Source: a virus (Duplodnaviria > Caudoviricetes). From it: a stretch of 56,615 nt of DNA. Below, piece by piece: positions 8,200-18,029 of this stretch (within the stretch, counting starts at the first letter, position 1; the number at the start of each line of letters is the position of its first letter). A program made the position numbers and the translations under genes. The DNA is taken from IMG/VR virus record IMGVR_UViG_3300036982_000611, positions 1 to 56,615 of that record; one strand, written 5' to 3'. Below the pieces are notes generated by a model. It did not search any database and had not been told where the DNA came from. It saw only the letters and a program-made list of their open reading frames with translations.

Positions 8200-8774
8200 C
8201 AGATAATCCTCCGCAAGTTCGCCAACCTTAAATCCCCGTATTCACCATTCACCTGCCGAACCCCGCGTTCCGGCCAAACGCCGGTCCCGAGGAACCAGGC
8301 GACTTCTTCCGCAGCGAACCATTCGCCCGCCCACCACACAACAGGCCTGTCATCAGACATCTTCACCACATTCTCACGGCGATTCAGGATTCGACCGTTG
8401 GTGGGGTCATAGAAGAACTGGCAGGATCCGTCGGGTGACTGGAAGAGATTACCAGCAGAATGAGGACCATTCAGATCATCCTTCGCCTCCACTTCCAGCC
8501 CATCCTGATCTCTCAGGTTTTTCCAGCGATTATCGAACGGATCTCCATTGAGATGGACAATATCACCGACGGGATCCATCCCAGTCTGCAACTTCCAGAT
8601 CCACACTTCCTCCTTCACAACTTTGTGTGCCGGGAGCCCGTGATGCTTCGCTTCCATCGGGAGCCGAAGCACTCTGCCGGTTGGTCTGTTTTGTCCGACG
8701 CGAACCCCGTCGACTTTGACCCATCCGGAGAGTTTATTGTACGTCATTGCGGGCATGGTCTCATTCCTCCTCAT
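8199..8774 (-). CDS. degenerate tandem HNH-like protein
   Basis: IVHLNGDPFDNRWKNLR and VRQVNGEYGDLRLANLR; second copy lacks the catalytic His. Confidence 0.7.
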   Translation of the reverse strand: MRRNETMPAMTYNKLSGWVKVDGVRVGQNRPTGRVLRLPMEAKHHGLPAHKVVKEEVWIWKLQTGMDPVGDIVHLNGDPFDNRWKNLRDQDGLEVEAKDDLNGPHSAGNLFQSPDGSCQFFYDPTNGRILNRRENVVKMSDDRPVVWWAGEWFAAEEVAWFLGTGVWPERGVRQVNGEYGDLRLANLRRII

Positions 8775-8958
8775 TCATTAAATTCATCGCATCGAAGTCA
8801 TCCAATTTCTCTGTGAGCGTCGGTTCTTTATTCATTTCAGATTGTCGACGCCTGATTTTTTTTCGTTCTTTTCCCATCCATGTATCTCCGGCAACGTGGA
8901 ATTCTGGATGATCCTTTAGCCACTGCTTATCATCATCGCTCAGTTTTTTCCTGCTCAT
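8761..8958 (-). CDS. hypothetical protein
   Basis: Coupled small ORF. Confidence 0.55.
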   Translation of the reverse strand: MSRKKLSDDDKQWLKDHPEFHVAGDTWMGKERKKIRRRQSEMNKEPTLTEKLDDFDAMNLMNEEE

Positions 8959-9158
8959 CACTGCACCCACATCACAAGTCGTTCGCCTTTGATCACGACC
9001 CACTTCGGCGTTGCCATCCCCGGATCAATCATTTTGCGAACGTGTTTCTTCGCTTCGGCCATTACTTCCGCACTGACATCAGACTCATCGAATGTATTCC
9101 GGTAGATCTGCAGCAGGGCGAGCAGAGCATTGTTCTCAAGCAGTTCGTTATCAGTCAT
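8958..9158 (-). CDS. hypothetical protein
   Basis: AAGGA RBS, coupled ORF. Confidence 0.55.
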   Translation of the reverse strand: MTDNELLENNALLALLQIYRNTFDESDVSAEVMAEAKKHVRKMIDPGMATPKWVVIKGERLVMWVQ

Positions 9159-9360
9159 TATCCATTTCCTTTTGCGGTCGATGTTTGGGTTCACTGGTGA
9201 GATGCCATCCGTTGCAGAGTTTGCAGAAGAAGGCACGTTTTGGAGTTTTGCTTCTGCGGGATCGGTCTCTGATCCGTCGCATTTCTGCGACGGCTTCAGA
9301 TTGTTTGCCCCATCGCCGTTTGCCGGTGAAGAAGCATTTCGACGCATCACGGAGCGTCAT
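9151..9360 (-). CDS. small Zn-finger-like phage protein
   Basis: RAFFCKLCNGWHLTS motif common in phage hypothetical proteins. Confidence 0.65.
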   Translation of the reverse strand: MTLRDASKCFFTGKRRWGKQSEAVAEMRRIRDRSRRSKTPKRAFFCKLCNGWHLTSEPKHRPQKEMDND

Positions 9361-10049
9361 TAGTCCCACTCCGGCACTTCGAATTCCCGTTCAGTGACGA
9401 TGGTCCAGCCAGCGTCGAGTTTGTCCTGAATCATCGAAGGCTTGCTGTACCACCCTGCTCGGGGGGAATTCGGATGCTTCAGCAGCGTGTACTTGGCCTT
9501 CGGCACAACCGGATCGACGAAGTCAGAGGTTTGCCCGAGGTAGACGAACCAGATCGAACTTCCTTTGTATCCCGTATGACTAATCGTGTTGGCGAAAATC
9601 TCCTGCGGTTCAATCGCCGGATCCTTGTACGAGATCAGGAAGTGTCCGGTCTGCGCCGGAGTCCCGAATGTCCATGCACGAGTTTTCGGCGTTTCTTCCA
9701 GTTCGTCCTGGGAGACCATCCCACTGCAGACGCCCCTCACTCTTCCGCAGTATGGGCATTTCCCTTCGTGCCACCCTTTGAACGTCGTGAGCGTGCAGTA
9801 GGAGCATGGCAGAGGTTTCTTATCGGAACTTCCGACGCCCAGAGGAAGATCTTTGCGTTTGCAGCGGACTTCGAGTCGTGCGCCGTGACAGTCGATGTAC
9901 CCGTAAGAAATGTCGTCGCGCATCTTCGGCTCGACCAGCGTCATCCCCCACGACGAAACTGTTCCGTTTCTCATAATCCACCGATATTCATCAATGGCGA
10001 CACGTCGCGGCACAACATCCTGCGTGACCCAATCATTTTCGTTCATCAT
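9360..10049 (-). CDS. hypothetical protein with Zn ribbon (CSYC...CPYC)
   Basis: 229-aa coupled ORF. Confidence 0.65.
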   Translation of the reverse strand: MMNENDWVTQDVVPRRVAIDEYRWIMRNGTVSSWGMTLVEPKMRDDISYGYIDCHGARLEVRCKRKDLPLGVGSSDKKPLPCSYCTLTTFKGWHEGKCPYCGRVRGVCSGMVSQDELEETPKTRAWTFGTPAQTGHFLISYKDPAIEPQEIFANTISHTGYKGSSIWFVYLGQTSDFVDPVVPKAKYTLLKHPNSPRAGWYSKPSMIQDKLDAGWTIVTEREFEVPEWD

Positions 10050-10254
10050 TACGTCGTTTCCTTTCGTTCATCATTGCATCAGCCATATCAAAGCATCTCT
10101 GAGCGTCTCTTTCGAAAGTCGCCTCAGAGTCAATCCAGTTGAACGAGGCGAGCGCCTGCCCAGCGAACCAGTCGAGCAAACTCATACCGCGCAGGTCATC
10201 GATCGTATTGCCGACCTGCACGGGAAACGCCGATTCATCGTGTTCATTCAGCAT
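10033..10254 (-). CDS. conserved phage hypothetical protein (GMSLLDWFAGQAL family)
   Basis: AFP...GMSLxDWFAGQAL...ADAM motif. Confidence 0.75.
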   Translation of the reverse strand: MLNEHDESAFPVQVGNTIDDLRGMSLLDWFAGQALASFNWIDSEATFERDAQRCFDMADAMMNERKRRNDERK

Positions 10255-10459
10255 CTGTATTCTCCTCAATCCAGCAGTCAATTTCTTTCTTCAGGTTCTC
10301 CACCGTGGAGTCGTTGAGTACCGGCCCAGAACCGACCCATCCGTCCTCTGGTCCTTCGTAGGAGGCGTCGTAGCCTACCTGTGTTGCCTGAAAACGCTGG
10401 AAGTCGAAGTAGTACACGTCCGACTCCCGGATCTCCCAGCCCCTGTATTCCTCAAGCAT
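10244..10459 (-). CDS. hypothetical protein
   Basis: AAGGAGG RBS. Confidence 0.65.
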   Translation of the reverse strand: MLEEYRGWEIRESDVYYFDFQRFQATQVGYDASYEGPEDGWVGSGPVLNDSTVENLKKEIDCWIEENTDAE

Positions 10460-10682
10460 CGATAACCTCCTTTTGCAGCAGTCGAACCAAATCCATCACA
10501 TCGCCCCGTCTGTTCAGGTACAACCTTGTTTTCCGACCGATCAGGCAGACGACACGTCGTTCGGAGTCTTTGCCAACAATTTCGATCTTCACATCCGGCG
10601 AAGACGGCCAGTGAAACATCAGGTTACTGGGTTCAGCGGAGAAGCCCATTTCCGAGAGGAATTCCCATGTGATTGTGTTCAA
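10452..10682 (-). CDS. hypothetical protein
   Basis: GGAGG RBS, coupled ORF. Confidence 0.55.
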   Translation of the reverse strand: MNTITWEFLSEMGFSAEPSNLMFHWPSSPDVKIEIVGKDSERRVVCLIGRKTRLYLNRRGDVMDLVRLLQKEVIDA

Positions 10683-11098
10683 TTAACACCTCCATTGATG
10701 ATTGAGTTTTCGACTTCCGCCAGTTCAGCGTACTTCCGCCAGTATTCACTGAATGCGTTGCGGATCTTCTGTCGGTTGACGGAATCAGCATGTCGGTAGG
10801 CGATAGCCAAATGCTTAGTGAAACCGCCGCCAAACAGTTCCATCTTCGCCAGGACAAGGTACTCGTAATCATCCGGAACATCCGGCAGCGGAGCGACCTC
10901 GACGAATTCAGCGAGAAGATCGTCCGGATGTTCGCTGTTATGGAACACTCCGCCTTTAACCGACCATGACTCGTCACCGGCGTAGAACCGCATGCTGCTG
11001 AATGACTCAGCTTCGACATCCTCTTCAATCGGCGGCGTAATCCACCCAGCCCGAGTCACATAACGCTTGCCAGCTTCAAGTTTCAGTCCCATCATCAA
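10679..11098 (-). CDS. hypothetical protein
   Basis: LEAGKRYVTRAG N-terminus and GGGF...AYRHAD..N.QKI..AF C-terminus, both recurrent phage motifs. Confidence 0.7.
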   Translation of the reverse strand: MMMGLKLEAGKRYVTRAGWITPPIEEDVEAESFSSMRFYAGDESWSVKGGVFHNSEHPDDLLAEFVEVAPLPDVPDDYEYLVLAKMELFGGGFTKHLAIAYRHADSVNRQKIRNAFSEYWRKYAELAEVENSIINGGVN

Positions 11099-11203
11099 TC
11101 TCCTTCAAAGTTCAAAAACACATGACGCACGCACATCATCGTCATTCCCAACACTATGTCAAGAACAACAGTAGTAAAATTATTCTGGAAAAGTTGTTTT
11201 TGG

Positions 11204-11446
11204 TTAGTCGGCGGATCTGTCGCGGCTTTTTGCCCGTTTTTTCGATGCGTACAGCAGGTACATATTCCAGTCCATCGCGGCTCGGCTGGCATCGAGTTTG
11301 GTTGTGAACTCGTCCTTCAGGTCCGGGAACACTTTGCCTTCCTCGGGCGAGACAGAATAAAGCCTTGGTCCAAGGACGTATCCGCGTTCTGTGGTGAGCC
11401 GGAACAAACCGGCCTGTTCAGTGACAATTATTCTGGTGTTGGACAT
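11204..11446 (-). CDS. hypothetical protein
   Basis: GAGGAG RBS. Confidence 0.6.
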   Translation of the reverse strand: MSNTRIIVTEQAGLFRLTTERGYVLGPRLYSVSPEEGKVFPDLKDEFTTKLDASRAAMDWNMYLLYASKKRAKSRDRSAD

Positions 11447-11736
11447 GGCTCCTCTTTCTTCGCGTTCGCCGCACCTCGCATAATTGCCCAGTGCTTATTC
11501 AGTTTCATGCAACCACAACTTTTCGTCCGTCCGATACGGAGCATCTGGACAGTCACGGATTTCTCCGGAGATCCGCAACTGCACTGCACATCAATCACAT
11601 AATGCGATGCGTTGGGCGACTTGGACGGATACCGCACCCTGTACGGCGCGGAGACGGTCGTCAGCAGGCCGAACACCTGGCCGACAACAACATCACTCGA
11701 CCTGCTCAATGATGGATTCCCTGAGTCTCGTGGCAT
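11428..11736 (-). CDS. truncated homing-endonuclease N-terminal Cys module
   Basis: GQVFGLLT...QCSCG...LRIGRTKSCGC with no nuclease domain following. Confidence 0.6.
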   Translation of the reverse strand: MPRDSGNPSLSRSSDVVVGQVFGLLTTVSAPYRVRYPSKSPNASHYVIDVQCSCGSPEKSVTVQMLRIGRTKSCGCMKLNKHWAIMRGAANAKKEEPCPTPE

Positions 11737-11929
11737 TCTCTGCTCCTCCGTCCTGATCTCTGTAAAGGTAAAATGTCCCCGCCCAGCGAGCGATTTTTGC
11801 TCGGCGGATGTAGAAGTAGTCATCCTTCTCGCCATGAATACCGAGGTGGCTTTCGGAGTTCTCTCGGATCCACTGAGAATGCAGTTCTGTGGCGAATTCT
11901 TCGGCTGTTTGTACTGGCTGCGCATCCAT
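11693..11929 (-). CDS. hypothetical protein
   Basis: AAGGGAG RBS. Confidence 0.55.
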   Translation of the reverse strand: MDAQPVQTAEEFATELHSQWIRENSESHLGIHGEKDDYFYIRRAKIARWAGTFYLYRDQDGGAENATRLRESIIEQVE

Positions 11930-11943
11930 CGCGACGAACTCCC

Positions 11944-12156
11944 TTAATTGCTCTCAGGGTGCATTGCTCGCCGGATGATGGGATCGATTCGCTCCAGATG
12001 CTTCTTCATGTCCACGAAAGCCTCCGTCAGAATCTGAAAGACCTTGGCCTTTTCGTCCTCCAGCAGGAATTCCGCCGCCTCTGTTTCGACGATCGATACC
12101 GCCATGTGAATCAGTTCAAACGCCTCACCAAAATTGCACTTAATTTTCTCGGTCAT
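11944..12156 (-). CDS. hypothetical protein
   Basis: Coupled helical ORF. Confidence 0.55.
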   Translation of the reverse strand: MTEKIKCNFGEAFELIHMAVSIVETEAAEFLLEDEKAKVFQILTEAFVDMKKHLERIDPIIRRAMHPESN

Positions 12157-12593
12157 CCCCTGATCCCTCCCACAACAACATCTTTCACGATGCTGTAAAA
12201 ATCTTCCCGGCAATACGCGACCAGTCCGGTCACTCTCGCCATGTCCCTGCACGGAACGCCCGCACAGTATTTACTCCAGATCAAATGAATGTCTTCCGGA
12301 TCCGTGATCGTCGCGGAACTGACAGCAGCCAGCACGAACGTGTCGTCGGCCTTCCATGCGGCCACAGAACCACTGCGAGTCAGGATCAGCCGGTTCTCGT
12401 ACCAGATCTTCGATAACAGCTTCCAGATCATCCACGTCTGCCCTTCGACAGCGACTGCTGAGTACGGCAGCGAGTGCTTTTTCGAACAGAACGTCGTCGA
12501 GGGATAGCGTTTAGAGCCATCCCAGACGACGCCGTTCGTGTCGAGCGTGAGATCCAGTGAGTCGAAGATCTTGCGTTTGGCGAGCGATGTCAC
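12153..12593 (-). CDS. hypothetical protein
   Basis: 146-aa coupled ORF. Confidence 0.6.
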   Translation of the reverse strand: MTSLAKRKIFDSLDLTLDTNGVVWDGSKRYPSTTFCSKKHSLPYSAVAVEGQTWMIWKLLSKIWYENRLILTRSGSVAAWKADDTFVLAAVSSATITDPEDIHLIWSKYCAGVPCRDMARVTGLVAYCREDFYSIVKDVVVGGIRG

Positions 12594-12940
12594 AGCAGGC
12601 CCATCTCAAAGTCCTGAACCTCGCGTTCAATCTCACCGAATCGCCCCAGGACCATCTTGGAGCAGGCGAGAACGTCGTCCTCAGTCAGCGGCATTTCATC
12701 GCCGTCATCGTTGAACACCTTGACGCTGAAGATCTTCGCGTCCCAGATTTCCATTTCTCCAGTGTTCTGCCCAAAGCCAAGGATCGCATCGTCTCTCTTA
12801 TCCGGTCGATGCCACTTGCACTCGTAACTGACAACAGCCTCCCCGAGGATACTGTCGGTGAACATGAACTCCTCGAAGATCCACTGCCCAGACTTCACGC
12901 CACAGCCCACACACGCCACTTTGCGATTCACTGCGAACAT
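12590..12940 (-). CDS. hypothetical protein
   Basis: CAGGAG RBS; acidic ORF. Confidence 0.6.
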   Translation of the reverse strand: MFAVNRKVACVGCGVKSGQWIFEEFMFTDSILGEAVVSYECKWHRPDKRDDAILGFGQNTGEMEIWDAKIFSVKVFNDDGDEMPLTEDDVLACSKMVLGRFGEIEREVQDFEMGLL

Positions 12941-13013
12941 CGATTCGTCTCCTGAAAACACCAGAAACACTTTCCACAGACCGGACTCTAACGGCAGTCA
13001 ATTAGTTTGTCAA

Positions 13014-14759
13014 CTATTTATCTACCATTTTCCCATACCATCGTCCTTCCAGTGGGCCGGACCTGATATGTTTCTTCTGGTATCGCAGTTTTTCCATGCA
13101 TTCGGTCAGCATTCGGCTCGGTATCCCGGAACCAAAAGATCCCCGGTATCGCTTCATGAGTTCATCGAACTTGATGAGTTTCCAGACTCGCTCTTCATGA
13201 ACATACAGGCCACTCGACGGATCCTCGGGGGCTTTGAAGCTGGCGAGATCTCCCATCGGGGTGAGTTTCAGGCGGCTTGTCCAGGTATGCATCCCGTGAC
13301 CGCGTTCCACCGCTTCGTCCAGCTTGTCCATGACCGGACTCACTGCTCCGACCATGCTGGCAATCAGTGACTCGGTCTGTTCTGCCAGACTGTTCTCGAG
13401 TTTCTCTTCGACCTTGGCTGAGTTTGCAAGATATTCCCGGAGCCCTCGAGTGATCCCGTTCTCCCGCTTCTTGTCGTTTGCGCGTCCTTTCCAGATCGAC
13501 TCCCAGTCCCAGATCGGGAATGTCCGCGACAACTGCCACTGCCCGTTCGTTTCTGTCTGGATCTTGCGAGCCACTGCCATCGGCGACTCGAACTCCAACT
13601 GCTTCATCAGAATCTCTTTGTCGATGTCCGGGAGCTTCAGCGAGACCAGTTCTTCGTCGGCCTTCGTGACGAACTTCATCGACCAGTTACTCTGCCACTC
13701 GTCGATCCGGTCGATACTCTTGGCTCCAGACTCCGCACGGGGATCAGCGACCATCCGGATTCCGTGTCGATGCAGCCACCCGCCCAGCGAGAGATCAGAA
13801 CCCTCCGCAGGCTGAGGATCAGTCAGGTCCGTGTTCGCCTCGATCTCCTTCTGGAACTCGCCCAGCATGAATCGCTGAGAACTCTGGAAGATAGTGTGCA
13901 GTTCGGCCTCGGTCTTCGGCGGATCGCAGACCAACAGGTTCGCCCCGGCGAGCCACATCCAGACCTGATCAATCGCGTCCTGCTCTTCGAGACCGTTGAT
14001 CCCGTACTTCAATAATGCATCCCGCCAGCAACTGTTCGCATACTTCAGAAGGCTGTGGTGACGGGCGCCAGGGCCGATCTTTCCCATTGGCGACCGGAAC
14101 TTCGTCGCGTCGGTCGTGGACGCTCCACGAGGAGCCACGGAGCCCTGACGAGCGTACTCCTCGCACAGGTAATCGACGACATGCTGCGGCAACTTCCCGA
14201 TCGGGATCTCTGCAGGTGATTTACCCTCAATCCACTGGTAAGTTTTCCCGCTCGGGTGTATCGATGGTGGAGCGACCGACTGCGTCTCTTTGCCTTTGCC
14301 TCCGAAGCGAAACTCCAGACCGCTGATCGTCATGTTGGCGACCGGCGGCAGACCAGAACACCAGCGATAAATTCTGTGCAGGCTTTTCCCGGAGGTGTAA
14401 GTCGGCGCTGGGTAATCCACCAGAAGAGCATCTGCCATCGCTCGACCTTCGAGCGTGTCGTCTTCGATGTCGATAATGGCTTGTTCTTCCGGGATGCCAT
14501 GACACAGGCCCAGAATGATCCCGCAGTTCCACGGTTTCTCGCCCCACTGTTCGTTGATGACTTCCGGATCCTGCGTGGCTGATTTCCCCCATTGGTTGCC
14601 AACGGGATGCTTCCCCTGGGCTTTACAATCCTCGCGACCGCACGAACAAAGAACCCGATCCTGCTCGAAAACAGGGTAGTGCAAACGCACTGGATACAGC
14701 CCAAAATCAACCAATTGCAACACATCAGTGGACAAAACACTCACGGAGAATCTCCTCAT
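13014..14759 (-). CDS. bifunctional DNA primase/polymerase (Prim-Pol) with PriCT-like region
   Basis: CSCG..DC...GKHP, NCGIILG, IDIED, LHRIYRW, VAPPSIHPSGKTYQW, GARHHSL; likely start is GTG at 14744 after GAGGAG. Confidence 0.9.
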   Translation of the reverse strand: MRRFSVSVLSTDVLQLVDFGLYPVRLHYPVFEQDRVLCSCGREDCKAQGKHPVGNQWGKSATQDPEVINEQWGEKPWNCGIILGLCHGIPEEQAIIDIEDDTLEGRAMADALLVDYPAPTYTSGKSLHRIYRWCSGLPPVANMTISGLEFRFGGKGKETQSVAPPSIHPSGKTYQWIEGKSPAEIPIGKLPQHVVDYLCEEYARQGSVAPRGASTTDATKFRSPMGKIGPGARHHSLLKYANSCWRDALLKYGINGLEEQDAIDQVWMWLAGANLLVCDPPKTEAELHTIFQSSQRFMLGEFQKEIEANTDLTDPQPAEGSDLSLGGWLHRHGIRMVADPRAESGAKSIDRIDEWQSNWSMKFVTKADEELVSLKLPDIDKEILMKQLEFESPMAVARKIQTETNGQWQLSRTFPIWDWESIWKGRANDKKRENGITRGLREYLANSAKVEEKLENSLAEQTESLIASMVGAVSPVMDKLDEAVERGHGMHTWTSRLKLTPMGDLASFKAPEDPSSGLYVHEERVWKLIKFDELMKRYRGSFGSGIPSRMLTECMEKLRYQKKHIRSGPLEGRWYGKMVDK

Positions 14760-14778
14760 TCAAAGTTCTTGGCATGGT

Positions 14779-14807
14779 AGCCTATCCATCGGAATAAAAT
14801 CAGTAAA
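14779..14807 (-). promoter_or_regulatory. leftward sigma70-type promoter TTTACT-17bp-TAGGCT
   Basis: In the divergent intergenic region upstream of Prim-Pol. Confidence 0.55.
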
Positions 14808-14838
14808 GTCTTGTCCTAGAATTTTTCGATAATTATTC

Positions 14839-14866
14839 TTGACAGTTGACTTGACTTCATTAGGAT
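14839..14866 (+). promoter_or_regulatory. rightward sigma70-type promoter TTGACA-16bp-TAGGAT
   Basis: Consensus -35; upstream of the csrA operon. Confidence 0.6.
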
Positions 14867-14977
14867 GCCTCGCATGTGGATTATTGCTGTTGCGTTGTTG
14901 GTTGGATTCATTGAGTTTTTGAACGTACTTGCGTTCGGGGTGGATCCGGATTCATTTTTTGGTTGAAAGGGATTTCA

Positions 14978-15157
14978 ATGCTTTGCCTTGCTCGGAAGAA
15001 AAACCAGAAGATTCTGATTGGCGACAACATCGTCATTACGATTGTCGAAGTAAGTCCCGGAAAGGTCGTCATCGGGATTGATGCGCCAGCAGACATTGCT
15101 GTGCATCGGCAGGAAGTGTGGGACGCGATAGAAAAGGAGAGTTCGAATGGCAAGTGA
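14978..15157 (+). CDS. csrA: carbon storage regulator CsrA/RsmA homologue
   Basis: MLCLARKKNQKILIGDNIVITIVEV...VVIGIDAPADIAVHRQEV matches the CsrA signature. Confidence 0.95.
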   Translation: MLCLARKKNQKILIGDNIVITIVEVSPGKVVIGIDAPADIAVHRQEVWDAIEKESSNGK

Positions 15158-15413
15158 AGTCTTTGCTGTACCGGAAGAACATGTCGATGACATCATCCGT
15201 ATGATGATACTGGGACTGAATGCGTGCGGTGGCGGCGTTAGCAACGAAGTGACTCTGAACGTCCGCCTGTGGGCAACCCAGCACAATCGTGACCTTGTGA
15301 GCATACTTGATGCAATGGTCGTTCGGTCAAAAAAGAGGGCTGCGAAGAGCAAGAAGGACCGGATCATTGAGCAGTCGAGAAAGAGAGGTGGGTATGCCAC
15401 GAAAAGCACGTAA
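15147..15413 (+). CDS. hypothetical protein
   Basis: AAGGAG RBS, coupled to csrA. Confidence 0.65.
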   Translation: MASEVFAVPEEHVDDIIRMMILGLNACGGGVSNEVTLNVRLWATQHNRDLVSILDAMVVRSKKRAAKSKKDRIIEQSRKRGGYATKST

Positions 15414-15981
15414 ACCGCCCTCTGGCAGAGAGTCAGCCGAGGTAATTGAGGAGGCCCGTCGCCTTTTCTTTTATCATTCCGAGACTGGAGTGATTATTCG
15501 CAGATGTTACTGGCAGGGAATGAATGTCGGCGAGGATGCCTGTAGCTATAGGCGAGGGCGTACTGGAGTTAAATACAAATACGTATGCATGTTCGATGGA
15601 AAGTACGCGGCGCACAGAGTTGCATGGATGCTGCACTATGGGTCATGGCCTTCTACACTTTTAGATCATCGCGATGGAGACGGATGCAATAATAAAATTG
15701 AAAATTTACGTGAGGCAACGAAGGCACAGAATGGATCAAACGCATCAATCAATAAAAGGAACACATCGGGAGTGACGGGTGTGTTCTGGGAGAAGGCCAC
15801 TAAGAAGTGGCGAGCGGCCATAAAAGTGAACTACAAATGCATAAAGCTCGGACGATTCGTTTTATTTTCCGATGCTGTTAATGCCAGAAAAGAAGCAGAG
15901 ATAAAATATGGATTTAGCGAACGCCACGGAGCAAGCAAAACAGACTTGGAATCACCAACCACGGGCGATAGACTTCCTTGA
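15394..15981 (+). CDS. HNH-AP2 endonuclease
   Basis: YHSETG, AHRVAWMLHYGSWP, LDHRDGDGCNNKIENLR, NTSGVTGV. Confidence 0.92.
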   Translation: MPRKARKPPSGRESAEVIEEARRLFFYHSETGVIIRRCYWQGMNVGEDACSYRRGRTGVKYKYVCMFDGKYAAHRVAWMLHYGSWPSTLLDHRDGDGCNNKIENLREATKAQNGSNASINKRNTSGVTGVFWEKATKKWRAAIKVNYKCIKLGRFVLFSDAVNARKEAEIKYGFSERHGASKTDLESPTTGDRLP

Positions 15982-17341
15982 CCGTACTAGGTATAGCCTG
16001 CTTGATTGCATAATGGGTGGCGGGAAGAGTTACATGGCTGTTTCCCACATGCGCAAAGTCTCCACCACCGGCAGCAAGCGCACAATCATCCTCTGCCCGT
16101 CAGCGGTCCTCGGGGTTTGGAGACGTGAGTTCTTTAAGCATGCTCCCGAAGAGTTTGACGTGATCGTCCTGGATAAAGGTTCGTCGAAGGACAAGGCACT
16201 GCTTGTTGCTACGTCCATTAACTTGCAGAGATCGCACCAAAGGCCGATAGTGTTCGTCGTGACGTATGAATCCTTTTGGCGACCGGAACTCTTGAAAGTG
16301 TTCTCGTCGTTCACATGGGAGAAGATTGTTGCCGACGAGTCGCATCGACTGATGTCGGCTTCAGCGTCCTGCAGTAAGCATGCATGGAAGCTCGGTTCTC
16401 GCGCTGGGTCGAAGACGGGGCTCACCGGAACTCCGATGCCAAACAATCCCGGCAACATCTTCGGCCAGGCACGTTTTCTGAACGATCAGATCTTCGGTAA
16501 ATACTGGACTGCGTTCAAAAAAGAGTACGCCATCATGAACCAGTACATCCCGCAGAAGGTGGATCAATGGGTCAATTTGGAACGGATGAACGCGAAGATT
16601 TCCACGTTCCGGTATTATATTGGCCCAGAAGTTCTCGTCCTGCCCGACAAGCAGGACATCGTGATCGAAGTTGGTCTCAGCGCAAAGGGTCGTAAACTTT
16701 ATGACCAGATGCGGAGGGAATCGATGGTCGAGATCAAGCGGGCCATCGAGAACGCATCCGGCGAAACCACTGAGGAAGTCCGAACAGCCGTCGGATCGAA
16801 CGGCGCTGTGCAGTTCCTGCGACTGCTCCAGCTTTCACAGGGGTTCATCAAGGACACTGAAGGCGAAGAGCTCGACACTGACACAGAGAAACGCAAGGTG
16901 CTGCTGGATCTGCTCGAGGACATCGACGAGCCGGTCTGTGTTTACGGGTGGTTCAAGAATGATCTGGCGATCGTGAGGCGATGCTGCGAGATCCTCGGTC
17001 GACGATACGGCGAGATCTCAGGCGCACGGAAGGATTTGACGGATCACGCGACGTACCCTGACAACATCGACATTATGGGCGTGCAGTGCAAGTCCGGAAG
17101 TTCCGGAATCGACCTGACTCGGGCTCGCATTGGGATCACCCTGAACTCGGGCCTGATGTCTCCGGGAGATTACGATCAGATGATGGCTCGCCAGTATCGG
17201 CCTGGGCAAACGAGGGACGTGATTTATTACCACCTTGTGACGAAGAAGACCGTCGAAGAGAAGCTGATTAAGGCACGGCAGGAGAAGCGAGACATCGTGG
17301 ATGCCCTGCTGATGGATCTGTTTGATGAGGATGTGTTCTGA
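15908..17341 (+). CDS. SNF2-family (SF2) helicase
   Basis: MGGGKS, IILCP, VADESH, LTGTP, SGIDLT, QMMARQYRPGQ. Confidence 0.92.
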   Translation: MDLANATEQAKQTWNHQPRAIDFLDRTRYSLLDCIMGGGKSYMAVSHMRKVSTTGSKRTIILCPSAVLGVWRREFFKHAPEEFDVIVLDKGSSKDKALLVATSINLQRSHQRPIVFVVTYESFWRPELLKVFSSFTWEKIVADESHRLMSASASCSKHAWKLGSRAGSKTGLTGTPMPNNPGNIFGQARFLNDQIFGKYWTAFKKEYAIMNQYIPQKVDQWVNLERMNAKISTFRYYIGPEVLVLPDKQDIVIEVGLSAKGRKLYDQMRRESMVEIKRAIENASGETTEEVRTAVGSNGAVQFLRLLQLSQGFIKDTEGEELDTDTEKRKVLLDLLEDIDEPVCVYGWFKNDLAIVRRCCEILGRRYGEISGARKDLTDHATYPDNIDIMGVQCKSGSSGIDLTRARIGITLNSGLMSPGDYDQMMARQYRPGQTRDVIYYHLVTKKTVEEKLIKARQEKRDIVDALLMDLFDEDVF

Positions 17342-17419
17342 CTAGAGGAATTCCGTTCCGCTGCTCGTTGCAGAGGATCGGTTAAACAATCCGGTAGGCG
17401 CAAAAACAAAGGAGAAACG

Positions 17420-17641
17420 ATGCAATTGAAAGCTGATGATGTGCGGGCAATGCTCGCTACGAAAGAGCCAGTCGATGCTGTGTTTTTGGTTCCGCTGAGC
17501 GGTGATGATGTTGGTGCGATGATGATCAAGTCGCTGGATGCTGGAGAATCACCTATGGTCATCGCGAAAGAGTACAGCGGGAATGAGCGATGCCTGTCAT
17601 GGAAGACGGTTTGTGAGCAGTATGAAATTGTCAAGGGCTGA
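17420..17641 (+). CDS. hypothetical protein (cassette 1)
   Basis: AAGGAG RBS; flanked by palindromic sites. Confidence 0.7.
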   Translation: MQLKADDVRAMLATKEPVDAVFLVPLSGDDVGAMMIKSLDAGESPMVIAKEYSGNERCLSWKTVCEQYEIVKG

Positions 17642-17739
17642 GAGTAACCGCGGATGTGGGGTTCCGCTGCTCACGGGGAGTTTGCGGAAAACATCGGTGT
17701 TTGTTTGAAAAAGTGGTATCGCTGTTGTTTGAGGTTTTC

Positions 17740-17985
17740 ATGACAAAGCACACTCCGGGACCGTGGTTTCTTGGCGTAGACCTCAGTCTGAATTACTGGC
17801 CGACGCATGGCGGATGGGCTCCTTTACCGCCGACAATTGAAAACAAAAAGCTGCAAGCGTTGGCTCCTGACTTACTCAGGTTACTGAAGGAATCGGTCAG
17901 CACTTTGGCGGCATCTCGTCGGCCGATCGAAGACTGGCTTAACGAATCGCGGACGCTGATTCAGAAGATTGAATCTGAAAAGTAA
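17740..17985 (+). CDS. hypothetical protein, KHTPGPW family (cassette 2)
   Basis: MTKHTPGPW...N.KL.ALAPDLL..L recurrent phage motif. Confidence 0.75.
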   Translation: MTKHTPGPWFLGVDLSLNYWPTHGGWAPLPPTIENKKLQALAPDLLRLLKESVSTLAASRRPIEDWLNESRTLIQKIESEK

Positions 17986-18029
17986 ACGCGGTTAAACAAT
18001 CCGCTAGTCGCAAAAACAAAGGGATTCAA

